A stretch of 64,000 nt of DNA from Candidatus Eiseniibacteriota bacterium. GTDB taxonomy: Bacteria; Eisenbacteria; RBG-16-71-46. Each line of letters begins with the position of its first letter. Position 1 is the stretch's first letter. The translations under genes were made by a program, and so were the position numbers. Under the pieces are notes generated by a model. The model was not told the DNA's origin, did no database searches, and saw only the letters and a list, made by a program, of their open reading frames with translations. The stretch lies in the NCBI GenBank assembly GCA_035275545.1, contig DATEMP010000272.1, positions 4,592 to 68,591 of the forward strand, read 5' to 3'. This document shows positions 27,611 through 37,083 of this stretch, one piece after another.

Positions 27611-29152
27611 CTACTGCTGGTCTTCGTCGGTGAGCTTGGAGACTTCGACCCGGAATGAGAGAGACGTGTACTCGCTGTGCCCCTTCTCGGTCAGTTCGTA
27701 CTCGCCCTTCTTGCCGGTCGGAGCTATGAGCCCCAGCTTGGTGAGGTCACCGCGACAGTTCTTGTAGTACCCGTCCGCCTTCTTCACCGACGCTTCGCTG
27801 TCGCTAAGGCCGAGGAAGTCCGTCGCCCATTCGCGTCCGAGGGTCACGTCGATCCGCGAGTCGGGGGTGCCGCCGATGAACAGGAGAAGCTGCTCGACCT
27901 TGTTGGGGCCTGCGTTGGCGGGGACGATCTTGGCGCGCGAGAATCTGTGCTCATTCGGGTCGAGGACCAATGGGGTACCGGCCTTGCGCGCGGCGTTGAT
28001 CTTGTCCTTGATCGAGAGCAGGTAGTCGATGTCCTGATCGAGCCCGTCTTCAGCGTCGAGGCAGATGTAGAAGTCCGGCTGCTCCTTGCCTCGGACCTTC
28101 GGGAACGTCAGCTTCGATTTCGGTTCTCCCTTGGAGCGGATGAAGTTGATGATCGTATCAGCGCCGTCGGGGATGCGAGATGCACCACGGCCACTGTGAA
28201 TGCTGCCGTCGCCTTCGTTGCCTTTGCCCCAGTGGTGGAGGAGGACGACCGCGATCCCCGTCCTGCGCGCAAGCATCTGGAAGAAGTTGACGACATACTC
28301 CATCTCATTGTTCGAGTTCTCGTCGAGCCCGTGAATCTTCGAGAGAGAGTCGATCACGAGAAGCTGCTTGCCCTGCGTCGCGAACGCTCCGCCGTCCATC
28401 CACTTCGCCAACTCACCTTTCAGCCGGAGGAGTTCCTCAGGGGCAGGCTTCGTATCGCGGACGCCGACACGATTGGGCGTGGCCTCAAGAATGACATCCA
28501 GTTCGCGCGAGAACTGGGCGTTCAGTTTCGGGGTGCGCGGGTCGTTCGGGTCCGGCGCGTAGATGTGCGGCGACTCCGGCCACCAGAAGTGCACAAGGTC
28601 GTTGAAGGGCGAGTAGTACGCCTCGTCGGCCGGGAACGCGGGTTCGGCGTCCGGGTCTTCCTCCGATGGGACGGGGATGCCCTCGGTCGTCATCTCCTGC
28701 TCGATCAGAGCATCGCGCGCGAACTGCTCCTCCTGCTCCTGCGTCAGCCGACGCCACTGACCGGCGAGGTCCTCAGGCGAGGAATCGAGGAAGATGCCAA
28801 CTGAGGCGACTTGGTCGGTGGGGAACTTGCCCAGCCACTTGGTCCCGGTAGCAGTCGCACGGAGCAGGTCCAAAGCTGCCCACGTCTTGAGGGACGAGGC
28901 CGCTCCTTGGAACAGGGTGACCGTGCCGGGGCGAATGATCCGGTGGACGAGGTAGTCGTTGGGGCGTGCCTCCATCGACTTGAACCGAGCCCGAACCAGC
29001 TTCGGGGAGTTGAGAAGGGCCCGCTTGCGTTCCTCCTTCTCCTTCTCGATGCGGGCGCGTTCGGCGACCTCATGTTGCGTGACCAGTTCTTCAACCGTTG
29101 GGGACGGGAATGCTTGCCCTTCGGCTGCTGCTGCAGGTGTATCGTGCGACAT
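27611..29152 (-). CDS. RecA-superfamily ATPase, AAA_25/RepA-like (island replication/mobilisation candidate)
   Basis: Walker B-like LLVIDSLSKI plus IAVVLLHHWGKG are typical of AAA_25/RepA-like proteins. The P-loop is degenerate (QGAASSLKT in place of GxxGxGK[ST]). The 3' part carries a long helical/basic C-terminal domain. Confidence 0.55.
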   Translation of the reverse strand: MSHDTPAAAAEGQAFPSPTVEELVTQHEVAERARIEKEKEERKRALLNSPKLVRARFKSMEARPNDYLVHRIIRPGTVTLFQGAASSLKTWAALDLLRATATGTKWLGKFPTDQVASVGIFLDSSPEDLAGQWRRLTQEQEEQFARDALIEQEMTTEGIPVPSEEDPDAEPAFPADEAYYSPFNDLVHFWWPESPHIYAPDPNDPRTPKLNAQFSRELDVILEATPNRVGVRDTKPAPEELLRLKGELAKWMDGGAFATQGKQLLVIDSLSKIHGLDENSNNEMEYVVNFFQMLARRTGIAVVLLHHWGKGNEGDGSIHSGRGASRIPDGADTIINFIRSKGEPKSKLTFPKVRGKEQPDFYICLDAEDGLDQDIDYLLSIKDKINAARKAGTPLVLDPNEHRFSRAKIVPANAGPNKVEQLLLFIGGTPDSRIDVTLGREWATDFLGLSDSEASVKKADGYYKNCRGDLTKLGLIAPTGKKGEYELTEKGHSEYTSLSFRVEVSKLTDEDQQ

Positions 29153-29408
29153 GGTGAAACTCCTCGGCCCATGAGGGCCGTGCACCAGAGGGTAGTCCTA
29201 CGGTCGGCTGGTGCGCCTGTCGGGGAAAGTTCCCCTGCCGTGGGATGCCCGGGCGACCCCCCGGGCTGGGGGTGGTTTCTGCTGCTTGAGTTTCGAGCCG
29301 CTCCGCCTACTGCTGCAGCAAAGCCGGCGTCAGCCTGCTGCCGCCTGCTGCCGTCTCGGGCGGCAATAGCGAGCGTAGCGACCGCAGTGTGTCTCTCTTA
29401 GATAACGG

Positions 29409-29666
29409 TTACTGAGGCGTAAGCGGTTGTGACGGGCGGGCACTCGTAAGCGGTCGAATGGTGCCCCGCAGCTTCTGGAGATGGGCCGGCCGCCATGAAC
29501 AGCCGCAGCCCTGCGACAGGCTGGAGAGCAGGTTGCCCCCCTGCACCTCGCGGGTGACTCCGCAGGCGCACTGGCAGAGCCAGTAGGCCCGCCCGTAGCG
29601 GCTTGGAGCCCGGCTCAGGACGGTCCAGTGACCGAAGGTCCGGCCGGTCAGGTCGGTCGCCCTCAC
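29409..29666 (-). CDS. Phage-type zinc-ribbon protein (HNH-associated Cys4 motif)
   Basis: GRTFGHWTVL...YWLCQCACGVTREV...SQGCGCS is the pattern common in phage/island small proteins. A GTG start was chosen inside the listed ORF. Confidence 0.4.
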   Translation of the reverse strand: MRATDLTGRTFGHWTVLSRAPSRYGRAYWLCQCACGVTREVQGGNLLSSLSQGCGCSWRPAHLQKLRGTIRPLTSARPSQPLTPQ

Positions 29667-29899
29667 GCGGCCTCCGGGCTGGAGTGATCGGGCCAGCTCT
29701 CGCACGGCTTCGTCCTGATCAGCCGGTCGAGGCGCTCCCACTCCGATATGGATTCCCGGACGGGGATGACTGTGATGACGACTTGGACGGGATGGCTAGG
29801 GTTTTCGGATGACATGCTTCCTCCGGTACTGATCTGGTTGACCGCCTGCTGGATGACTGCCTCGACGGCGGCGTCTCCTACAACGTCTCGTGCTCTCAC
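29663..29899 (-). CDS. Small hypothetical protein
   Basis: Weak ORF upstream of the Zn-ribbon gene, joined to it by a GTGA overlap. Confidence 0.2.
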   Translation of the reverse strand: MRARDVVGDAAVEAVIQQAVNQISTGGSMSSENPSHPVQVVITVIPVRESISEWERLDRLIRTKPCESWPDHSSPEAA

Positions 29900-30090
29900 T
29901 GCGTACTCCTTTCTCCGGCCTCAGCGGCCGGCGTCTACACGCTGCTTGGTCTCTCGCCTCACGATGGAGATGGTGTCGCCGACCACCAGTACGACGAAGG
30001 CCAGTAGGAACAGCGCGGCCGGCGGCATGATGGTCGCGCACAGAACGGCGGCGGCCACCAGCGCTGCGGTTGAAGGGCTCACGCTCACGC

Positions 30091-30396
30091 CTACGCCTCG
30101 AAGACGTTCGGGTCGTTCGGGTCGTGGACGCCATGCATGAAGGGCACGACGCCACGCGGGCCCTTGTACCAGAGACGCCCCTTCCGGCCGCCCGCGATCG
30201 GGTTGCCCTCAGCACCTCGGCCGCCGGTGATGTGGCCCGGCGAAGAATCGCGAGGTGGCATGAAGCGCGCGTCACCCTCGATGGCGGACTTGGCCCGGCG
30301 CTGAAGCACTGCGAGGTCGACGCCCTCGACGGCCTTCTGGCGAGCACGGTATTCGTTGTCGCCGTCAGGCGGGGGAAGCGCGGGTCTGTCACTCAT
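30091..30396 (-). CDS. Hypothetical protein (101 aa)
   Basis: ATG-initiated ORF with decent coding look; no motif recognised. Confidence 0.35.
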   Translation of the reverse strand: MSDRPALPPPDGDNEYRARQKAVEGVDLAVLQRRAKSAIEGDARFMPPRDSSPGHITGGRGAEGNPIAGGRKGRLWYKGPRGVVPFMHGVHDPNDPNVFEA

Positions 30397-30573
30397 GGTC
30401 GTTACCTCCTGCTCGCCTTCGCGAGCGTGTGCCGCACGTTGCGGCTGGTTGTTCTGCGTTGGAGCACACCTACGTCTCGGTGGTGTTCGTGAGGGAGAAG
30501 TACGAGCCGAGGGGCTCGCTCAACGCGACCCGGGGTGGGCCGCCCTGCGCCTCGGGGAACGCGCGGGTTGTTG

Positions 30574-30813
30574 CTAGGCTGCTGTGGTCTGCCCCGCTGC
30601 CGCGATCGCGTTGGTGGACACGTCGCGGGCACGGCGGAGTTCTGCGCGGATCGCGACGACCGTGGCCGGGCGCACGAGATTGCCGTCGTAGGCGCGCTTG
30701 AGCGTCCGGTAGCTGATGCCGGTGAAGGCGGAGAAGCTGACGACGGACATACGGGTGGCAGCAAGGGTACGACGCATCTCGTCAGCAAGCCCTTCGATGG
30801 TGGAGGTGGTCAT
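30574..30813 (-). CDS. Putative HTH DNA-binding protein (excisionase/regulator-like)
   Basis: 79 aa; the segment FSAFTGISYRTLKRAYDG looks like a helix-turn-helix. Sits near attR. Confidence 0.35.
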   Translation of the reverse strand: MTTSTIEGLADEMRRTLAATRMSVVSFSAFTGISYRTLKRAYDGNLVRPATVVAIRAELRRARDVSTNAIAAAGQTTAA

Positions 30814-30917
30814 TGGGAGACCTCCGGTGTTGGGGGGAAAACAAGTAGACCCCGCCGCCGTGATGGCAGCCGGGCCGCTGATCGGGGACCGTGTGCTCTC
30901 GATCCGAGGTGATAACT

Positions 30918-31066
30918 ATACCACATCTGCGGGGCTTTAGGGGCTTCGCATTTGCAAAATCGACGGAGCCTTTGAAGACCTGTGCGAGTGGGACAGGTGA
31001 CCATGATACCACATCGCGCGCCCTTTAGGGGCTTCACAGTTGTCAAATCGACTAAGCCTTTGAAAT
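30918..31066. repeat. Two ~60-bp imperfect direct repeats (period 88 bp) inside the island right end
   Basis: Repeat 1 starts ATACCACATCTGCGGGGCTTTAGGGGCTTCGCATTTGCAAAATCGAC and repeat 2 starts ATACCACATCGCGCGCCCTTTAGGGGCTTCACAGTTGTCAAATCGAC. About 80% identity, in a ~700-bp non-coding, lower-GC stretch. Confidence 0.5.
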
Positions 31067-31500
31067 AAGATTCATATTTCGCCGGATCGCGCGACGCCTT
31101 AGTGGGACGACTGAGTCACTGACCTCCTCATCAGCACAAACGCCCCGGCCGCCAGTCCAACCCTCAGCAGCCCCCAGAACATGCAACCGTTCCCGGCTAT
31201 CTCGGGGACGATCGTGGCTACACGGGGCTGCAGCGTATCCTAGCGCGGGTTTACCGGGGTCCCAACGCTCCCCGCCTAGAATCACCAGCGAGGGCACCCG
31301 CTCCAGCGTGTGCCGTCTGGTGTGCGGGCTGGGTCACCGAGAACCAGGTCAGCGAGGCAGTCCGTGGCGGAGGCGCTGGTGCTCTTGAGGAGGAGCGAGG
31401 GACCGAGCTAGGGCGCTGAGTCCGCACACGATCCGGCACACGAAAGCGACCTGCGTGCGCCGCGCGTCAATCGCGCTCGGGACGAGGGTCGAGCCGCTGG

Positions 31501-31557
31501 AAACTGACTCTTAATCAGTAGGTTGAAGGTTCGATTCCTTCGCGGCGCACCAACTTA
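31501..31557 (+). repeat. attR (second copy of tRNA-Lys 3' half, 57 bp)
   Basis: Identical to 12492-12548; the preceding bases differ from the tRNA sequence. Confidence 0.8.
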
Positions 31558-31746
31558 CCTCTCATCACCACCTGCTTTGTCGGCAGCGTCACAGCTGGTG
31601 ATTCAACCCGGGTGACGCTCCAACGGGTCGGAAGCTCGGCACCCTGAGTAGGGCAACGGACGGCGGGTGACGCTTCGGACGATCGGAGTCGTGGGGCTTC
31701 TTCGGTTCGATGACGGAGCCGCCTCCCTCCGCACCAACCGGCTGCG

Positions 31747-32379
31747 TTAGCCGAAGAACGGGTCGACAATCCAGTCGAGGCTCATGTGCGCAATCCATGC
31801 GGACCAGATGCTGCCGGTGCGCCTCACGATCCAGCACCAGGCCAGGCCGAAGACCGAGATGATCGCCTGGAATTCCAGCGGGTATTGGGCATGCGTGGCG
31901 CCGAACGCGACGCTTGACAGGATCGCTGCCGGCCAGAAGCCGAACACCGCGGTCAACGCGGCCAAGAGGAATCCACGAAAGACGAACTCCTCGTAGAAGT
32001 TCGAGAAGAGATTGGCCGTTGCAACCCATGGATTGAATTGGGCTGCATGAACCATCCCTGGCTGCAGGCCGGCGAAAACGCCGAACGCCGCGACGGCGCC
32101 GACGATTCCGCAAATCAAGCCCCAGATCACGACTGATCTGGAAAACGCAGACGGAATCGGCGCCAGCCACTTCAACTGGATCAACGCGAGCCAGAGGATG
32201 AGGCACGTCAGAGCGCTCAGGGTGGTGTAAAGAAAGACGTGCGGGATGAGGATCCACACGCCCTGGTAGGCGGGGTTCCCAAACGCCTTGAGGACTGCGT
32301 CGCGGACCCACCACGTCGGCCAGAACCCGACAACATACGCTCCCGCTGCGATCATCAGGATTGCAACCTTCTTGACCAT
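31747..32379 (-). CDS. CPBP-family intramembrane metalloprotease (CAAX protease/Abi-like)
   Basis: The three family motifs are present: EEFVFRGFL, FGATH and AHMSLD. Confidence 0.7.
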   Translation of the reverse strand: MVKKVAILMIAAGAYVVGFWPTWWVRDAVLKAFGNPAYQGVWILIPHVFLYTTLSALTCLILWLALIQLKWLAPIPSAFSRSVVIWGLICGIVGAVAAFGVFAGLQPGMVHAAQFNPWVATANLFSNFYEEFVFRGFLLAALTAVFGFWPAAILSSVAFGATHAQYPLEFQAIISVFGLAWCWIVRRTGSIWSAWIAHMSLDWIVDPFFG

Positions 32380-32472
32380 GTCGTGGCTCCCGTGGGGAGT
32401 GAGATAAGACAGACAGGTTCCGCAGACGATGCGTCCCTCCGCTCCGAAATGTTCCTGTGGACGCGACGTGCG

Positions 32473-33411
32473 TCACTTGGGGACCTCCGAGCCCCGTAAG
32501 TGCATGAAGGCCTCGGCGATCCCGCGGTTCACAGCTTCGGCGCCAGGAAAGCCATGCATGACGTGGAACTCCGCGAGACGACGCGCGCGCTCCACCGGAT
32601 CGGCCGCCGAGCACGCCATCAGCTTGGCGAGGCACGGCGGGCAGAGGTAGAGCGGGCGCTGATCGAGCTCCTCGAGGTGGTTGCTACCGTTCATGAGGCA
32701 CTCGTAGGCGATGCAATGGGAGATCGGCAGCAGGTGCGCGATCTCGTGGGTCGCGGTCACCATCGTGCGCTGCAGGCAAAGCCGCTCCGCTGCGAGCGAC
32801 TCGTCAGGGTTGCCGAACCGGAACACCGACCAGACCCCCGCGCGCGCCGCCGGCGAGGCCTGGCCGAACACGAAGTTCCAGGTCGGCGCGGGATAGAGAT
32901 CGAACGCGCTGAGCGCGATTGTCGCGAAAACCTGTGTGTCGCGGCGCGCGGCAAGCCACTCGAGCACCCAGCGGCTGGAGAGTTGGCGCCCTCCCAGGTC
33001 GGGCCGACTACGAAACGCAGAGTCGGGCAGATCAGATTCCTGCACGGCCGGGCGTAGGCGAACGGAGGTTCCGAAGAACCGGCCTAGATAGTCGGCCGTC
33101 AGCGCGACGATGCGCTGCCGGGCGCGGCCAGGCTCGCCGATGAACACCACGTCGATCGTGTCGTGCGGTGGCGCGATACGAATGCGCGGGGCCGCTAGGA
33201 ACGCAGCGAGGGACTGCCCTGGTTCGGGATGCGAGGCGAGCCAGTCATTGGGACCTGGCGGGCCGAGCGGCTTCGCAATCGCCTTCATCGACTCGAACGG
33301 ACGCGGCAGGCGCTCGTGGCGCAAACGCTCTGCGGGGGTCCGCGGCGCGGCGCATCCGGTCACGAACGCGAGCATGGCGAGCGTCCACGTCGACCTTGCG
33401 AACATCCGCAT
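32473..33411 (-). CDS. Archaemetzincin-like zinc metallopeptidase (M54-like), putative lipoprotein
   Basis: HEIAHLLPISHCIAYECLMNGSNHLEELD fits HExxHxxGxxHCxxxxCxM. The N-terminus MRMFARSTWTLAMLAFVTGCAAP is a lipoprotein-type signal. The listed 560-aa frame has a PR-rich 5' extension that looks spurious. Confidence 0.65.
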   Translation of the reverse strand: MRMFARSTWTLAMLAFVTGCAAPRTPAERLRHERLPRPFESMKAIAKPLGPPGPNDWLASHPEPGQSLAAFLAAPRIRIAPPHDTIDVVFIGEPGRARQRIVALTADYLGRFFGTSVRLRPAVQESDLPDSAFRSRPDLGGRQLSSRWVLEWLAARRDTQVFATIALSAFDLYPAPTWNFVFGQASPAARAGVWSVFRFGNPDESLAAERLCLQRTMVTATHEIAHLLPISHCIAYECLMNGSNHLEELDQRPLYLCPPCLAKLMACSAADPVERARRLAEFHVMHGFPGAEAVNRGIAEAFMHLRGSEVPK

Positions 33412-33443
33412 CACCCGTTCCCGAGGAGCGTCCCGGACTGTGC

Positions 33444-34343
33444 TCATGGCATCCACAACGTGTCGAGCCAGCTCCCCAGGCTCGCGTGGCCTGCGTCCCG
33501 CATCATGATCGCGACGTGGCCGTAGCGGTGGAGCACGGCCCAGCAGCGAAGCGTGGCGAATAGCTCGGGCGTCGCCTCGACGCCGCGGCCCGCAAGGAGC
33601 GCGCGTTGCGAGCGCCGATCGCCCTGCGTCACGAAGCAGGAGGTCGCCGCCAGCTCGTACGTCCACGGGCCCACGAACGCGTCCGCAAAGTCGATGAACC
33701 CGGCGAGCCGGCCGTCGTGCAGGAGAATGTTGTCCGACGTCAGGTCGGCGTGCAGCAGGACGCTCTCGGCCGGCGGCAGCGGCGGCAGCGCGTCGAGGAA
33801 CGCCCGCAGCTGCGCCTCCAACGCGTCGTCGCCGCCCCGCTCCCGCTGATCCTGAAGCAGCCGCGGCCGCCGCTCGGCCAGCAGCGCCTCCTGTGGGGCG
33901 CGTAATGCGTCGAGCCCGGTCACGGGCAGCGCGGCGAGGCGCGCGATCGTCGCCCCGATGTCGTGCGCCAGCCGCTCGCGCGCGTCTGCATCGAGCCCGG
34001 GCCAAACCTCGGGAACGCGCCGGCCCGGCAGGCGGCTCATCACGACGTATGGCCAGCCGGCGACTTCGCCGCGCGCTTCGAGCTGTGGCACCGGCAGCCC
34101 CGCACCGACGAGTCGCTCGAGCATCAACATCTCGATGCGCGTGTCCTCGGGCCACGTGGGCACGAACAGCTTGATGACCGAGCGCTGCGTGCCCCAGACG
34201 ATCTGCGTGCCCTGCGAGAACGGCGCGAGCTCGCCGCGCGGCAGCCCGTGCCGCGCCGCGATCGTCTCGATGGCCGGGCGCTGCGCTTCGACGTCGCGGC
34301 GGAACGGGCGGTAAGCGTCAAGCGGAAGCGTCGCCGGGAGCAT
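33444..34343 (-). CDS. Phosphotransferase enzyme family protein (APH/choline-kinase-like)
   Basis: VLLHADLTSDNILL and GFIDFADAFVGP match the Brenner/APH catalytic and DFG-like motifs. Confidence 0.7.
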   Translation of the reverse strand: MLPATLPLDAYRPFRRDVEAQRPAIETIAARHGLPRGELAPFSQGTQIVWGTQRSVIKLFVPTWPEDTRIEMLMLERLVGAGLPVPQLEARGEVAGWPYVVMSRLPGRRVPEVWPGLDADARERLAHDIGATIARLAALPVTGLDALRAPQEALLAERRPRLLQDQRERGGDDALEAQLRAFLDALPPLPPAESVLLHADLTSDNILLHDGRLAGFIDFADAFVGPWTYELAATSCFVTQGDRRSQRALLAGRGVEATPELFATLRCWAVLHRYGHVAIMMRDAGHASLGSWLDTLWMP

Positions 34344-34352
34344 CGAGTGAAC

Positions 34353-35213
34353 CTACCGGCCGGCGCCGCCCGCAGACAAGGCCACGCGGACGGGCTTGAT
34401 GCCCAGGACCGCCTCGCGTGAGAGTGGTCGCAATCGTGCGCGGAATTCTTTGGGCGTGCAGTGCGTGAGACGCCGGAACGTCCGCGTGAAGTGCGCATGG
34501 TCCGCAAAGCCGGCTCTCAGGGCGATGGCGGCAACCGTCTGCGATTCGTCCACCAGCTCCCCGCATGCCCACGCGATCCGCCGGCGCCGCACGTATTCAC
34601 CCATCGAACAGCCAAACCGCCGGCGAAAGAGCTTGGCCAGATGCATCGGGTGAACGCCCACCACGCGAGCGACCTCGACGAGTCCGGGCAGGGGCCGTAC
34701 GCCGTCGCCGATGTATTCCGCCGCTGCCTCCAGCCGGCGCGCCGCCAAGCTGACCGCACGGTCGGCTTCGGCGATCGCGGCCGAGCAGAGGATGGCGATG
34801 GCATCTTCCATGGCCAGCGCGCTGGCGTGGTCGTCGCGATGGAACTCACGCCAGACCCCGAGCGCGTGCCACTCCAGGTCACCGCGGAACACCCGCCCGT
34901 CGAGGCATCCGCGCTCGGTGAGCGCATCCCACGTTTCGCAGCTGATCTCCACGTTCAGGGAGGCAGTGCCTCGATCACCGACGACGTTGCTGTGACTCTC
35001 CCGTGGCGCACGGAAGATCACATCCCCCCGGCGGCACAATCGTGTCGTGCCGGCCGCGCGCTCGTCGAACCCGCCGCGGAGTACCAGGGTGAAGATCGGA
35101 CGTACGTGCTCGTGCTCCTCGAGAACTGCGTGCGGCGCGTACGTTGCCTCGAAAGCGCGCAGGCCGGACCAGGCTCGGTTGCGCGAAACGTTACGTGCCA
35201 GAAGGGTGCTCAT
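34353..35213 (-). CDS. AraC-family transcriptional regulator
   Basis: C-terminal HTH_18 region IALRAGFADHAHFTRTFRRLTHCTPKEFR preceded by a cupin-like N-terminal domain. Confidence 0.75.
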   Translation of the reverse strand: MSTLLARNVSRNRAWSGLRAFEATYAPHAVLEEHEHVRPIFTLVLRGGFDERAAGTTRLCRRGDVIFRAPRESHSNVVGDRGTASLNVEISCETWDALTERGCLDGRVFRGDLEWHALGVWREFHRDDHASALAMEDAIAILCSAAIAEADRAVSLAARRLEAAAEYIGDGVRPLPGLVEVARVVGVHPMHLAKLFRRRFGCSMGEYVRRRRIAWACGELVDESQTVAAIALRAGFADHAHFTRTFRRLTHCTPKEFRARLRPLSREAVLGIKPVRVALSAGGAGR

Positions 35214-35376
35214 GAGCACTCAGGATGGGACGAAATGGGCCCAGCAGGCTTCTCCCGTTCAAGACTTGCCCGACATGGGTGAGATAGGGTTTGCGTCCAC
35301 AGCTTGAGGCAAGCGGTGCGGATGCTCAAGCAGACGGAAGTGACTCGTCACATAAACCCCTCGAGGTTGCCCCGAC

Positions 35377-37083
35377 ATGCGGCCCAAGTCTTCCAGACAT
35401 GAGACGAGCCTGACCTTGATTCCGTTGGGTACGGCCCTTTGCCTGTTCATATCCTCGATGAGCAGCGCGCAGTCCATCGTCGCTGGCGACTCCCTTGCGC
35501 GACGCGTCGCGCCGCGCGCGACCGACAGCGTGCGGGTGGCGCTTCGCGATGGCGATTACGCGAGGCTGATCATCGCGCATCCTCTGGGGCTCGATGTCCG
35601 AGTGATTCGGCCCGGCGGGGAGGAACTGCGGCTCTTCGCCCTACCGAGCATGAAGGGACTCTCGCCGATCGCCTTCGTGGCGGAGGGGACCGGCAGCTAC
35701 ACCGTCACGGCGAAGAACACGGGCGAAGCGCTCGCGGACTACGGTCTCAAGTTCGTCGAGCGCGCATCGCTGGACGAGAGGACGCGCCCCGCGTCGATCC
35801 CGGATGCGCTCACGAGTCCACGCATCGAGGCGCTGCGGCGCCAGGTGCAGAGCGGCGACGCGAGCACGGCTCCGTTCTGGAGCCAACTCACCGCCGAAGG
35901 CACTCCGATCGTCGAGCCGCTGGACGCGAAATATGACCTGGTGACGTTCGTGTGGCGGACGCAGTACGACACGCGGAACGTGTATCTGAGGGCGTCGTTC
36001 GGGCGGATCGAGGGAGTCAACGATGTGCTCCGGCTGATACCGGGCACCGACGTGTGGTACCTCACGGAGAAACTGCCCAAGGGCGCGCGCTTCACATACC
36101 ATCTTGAGCCGAACCGGCCGGCGTCGCCCACTGCGGCGCGTATGTCCGCGCAGCTCGACCCGCTCAATCGCGGGCAGCGCTCGAATTGTCCGGCCGGCGC
36201 GAGCAAGTATCGCTGCCGCAGCATCGGTGAGCTGCCCGAGGTGCCGCCGGAACCGTGGATCGTGGCACGGCCGTCGGTGCCGCAGGGCAGGATCGAAAAG
36301 CGGAGCATTCGGAGCGACATCCAGCTCGTGACGCGCGACCTAACGGTGTATACGCCCGCAGGCTATTCGCGCACGGGGAAGCCGCTGCCTCTCGTCGTGT
36401 TGTTCGACGGCGCGGATTACCTCGATGAGGATTGGCACGGGCCGGCGATCTGGAACAACCTGATTGCGGAGATGCGGGTGTCGCCGATGGTGATCGTGAT
36501 GGTGCACAACCTTCCGGGCCGGAGACTGTTCGATCTGGTGGCGAACGAGAAGTTCGGCCGGTTCATGGCCACGGAACTCGTGCCCTGGGCCCGGCGTGAG
36601 TACAACGTCGCGCGCGACGCGAGGCAGACGGTAGCTGGCGGGGCGAGCGCCGGCGGTTTTGCCGCCACCTACCTGGGTCTCGCGCACCCCGAGGTGTTTG
36701 GAAACGTGCTGAGCATTTCCGGCGCTTTCTGGTGGTCGCCGGAACACAACGGTGGCATTTGTGCCGGGGCATGCCCCGATTCGTCCGGGCAACCCGCGGT
36801 CGTGAATCAGGACGCGACCACCGAGCCGAATTGGCTGGCGCAGTTGGCGCTCGAGCGCCCCGCGTCGAAAACGCGGTTCTATCTGTCCGCCGGTACATTC
36901 GAGGTCGATCGCGACGCGACGGGCGCCGCGATCCTCGAAGAAAACCGGCATCTGCGCGACATCCTTCGGGCGAAGCGAGTCGACGTCATCTTCAACCAGT
37001 TCGTGGGCGCGCACGATCAGGTGGTTCGGCCCGGCGTAATGGCCGACGGGCTGCAGAAGTTGCTGCCGCCGCATGGCCGTTGA
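35377..37083 (+). CDS. Enterochelin-esterase-like secreted esterase (N-terminal Ig-like domain + esterase D fold)
   Basis: N-terminal signal peptide. LVVLFDGADY plus GGASAGGFAATYLGLAHPEVFGNVLSISGAFWW match the putative esterase family (Fes-like). Confidence 0.7.
   Translation: MRPKSSRHETSLTLIPLGTALCLFISSMSSAQSIVAGDSLARRVAPRATDSVRVALRDGDYARLIIAHPLGLDVRVIRPGGEELRLFALPSMKGLSPIAFVAEGTGSYTVTAKNTGEALADYGLKFVERASLDERTRPASIPDALTSPRIEALRRQVQSGDASTAPFWSQLTAEGTPIVEPLDAKYDLVTFVWRTQYDTRNVYLRASFGRIEGVNDVLRLIPGTDVWYLTEKLPKGARFTYHLEPNRPASPTAARMSAQLDPLNRGQRSNCPAGASKYRCRSIGELPEVPPEPWIVARPSVPQGRIEKRSIRSDIQLVTRDLTVYTPAGYSRTGKPLPLVVLFDGADYLDEDWHGPAIWNNLIAEMRVSPMVIVMVHNLPGRRLFDLVANEKFGRFMATELVPWARREYNVARDARQTVAGGASAGGFAATYLGLAHPEVFGNVLSISGAFWWSPEHNGGICAGACPDSSGQPAVVNQDATTEPNWLAQLALERPASKTRFYLSAGTFEVDRDATGAAILEENRHLRDILRAKRVDVIFNQFVGAHDQVVRPGVMADGLQKLLPPHGR

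Noticed and set aside
29235-29262. GC-rich hairpin (GCCCGGG-cgacc-CCCCGGGC) as a rho-independent terminator
   Set aside because: No U-tract follows on either strand, and it lies in a 5' leader region of the ATPase gene. It may be structural but is not a convincing terminator.
30918-31066. Possible CRISPR array
   Set aside because: Only two imperfect ~60-bp copies with an 88-bp period and no short conserved repeat/spacer structure. No cas genes are present. This is not a CRISPR array.
32473-34155. Full 560-aa version of the archaemetzincin ORF
   Set aside because: The first ~250 aa are Arg/Ala/Pro-rich and overlap the APH-like gene on the same strand in another frame. An internal ATG with a lipoprotein signal at 33411 was used instead.
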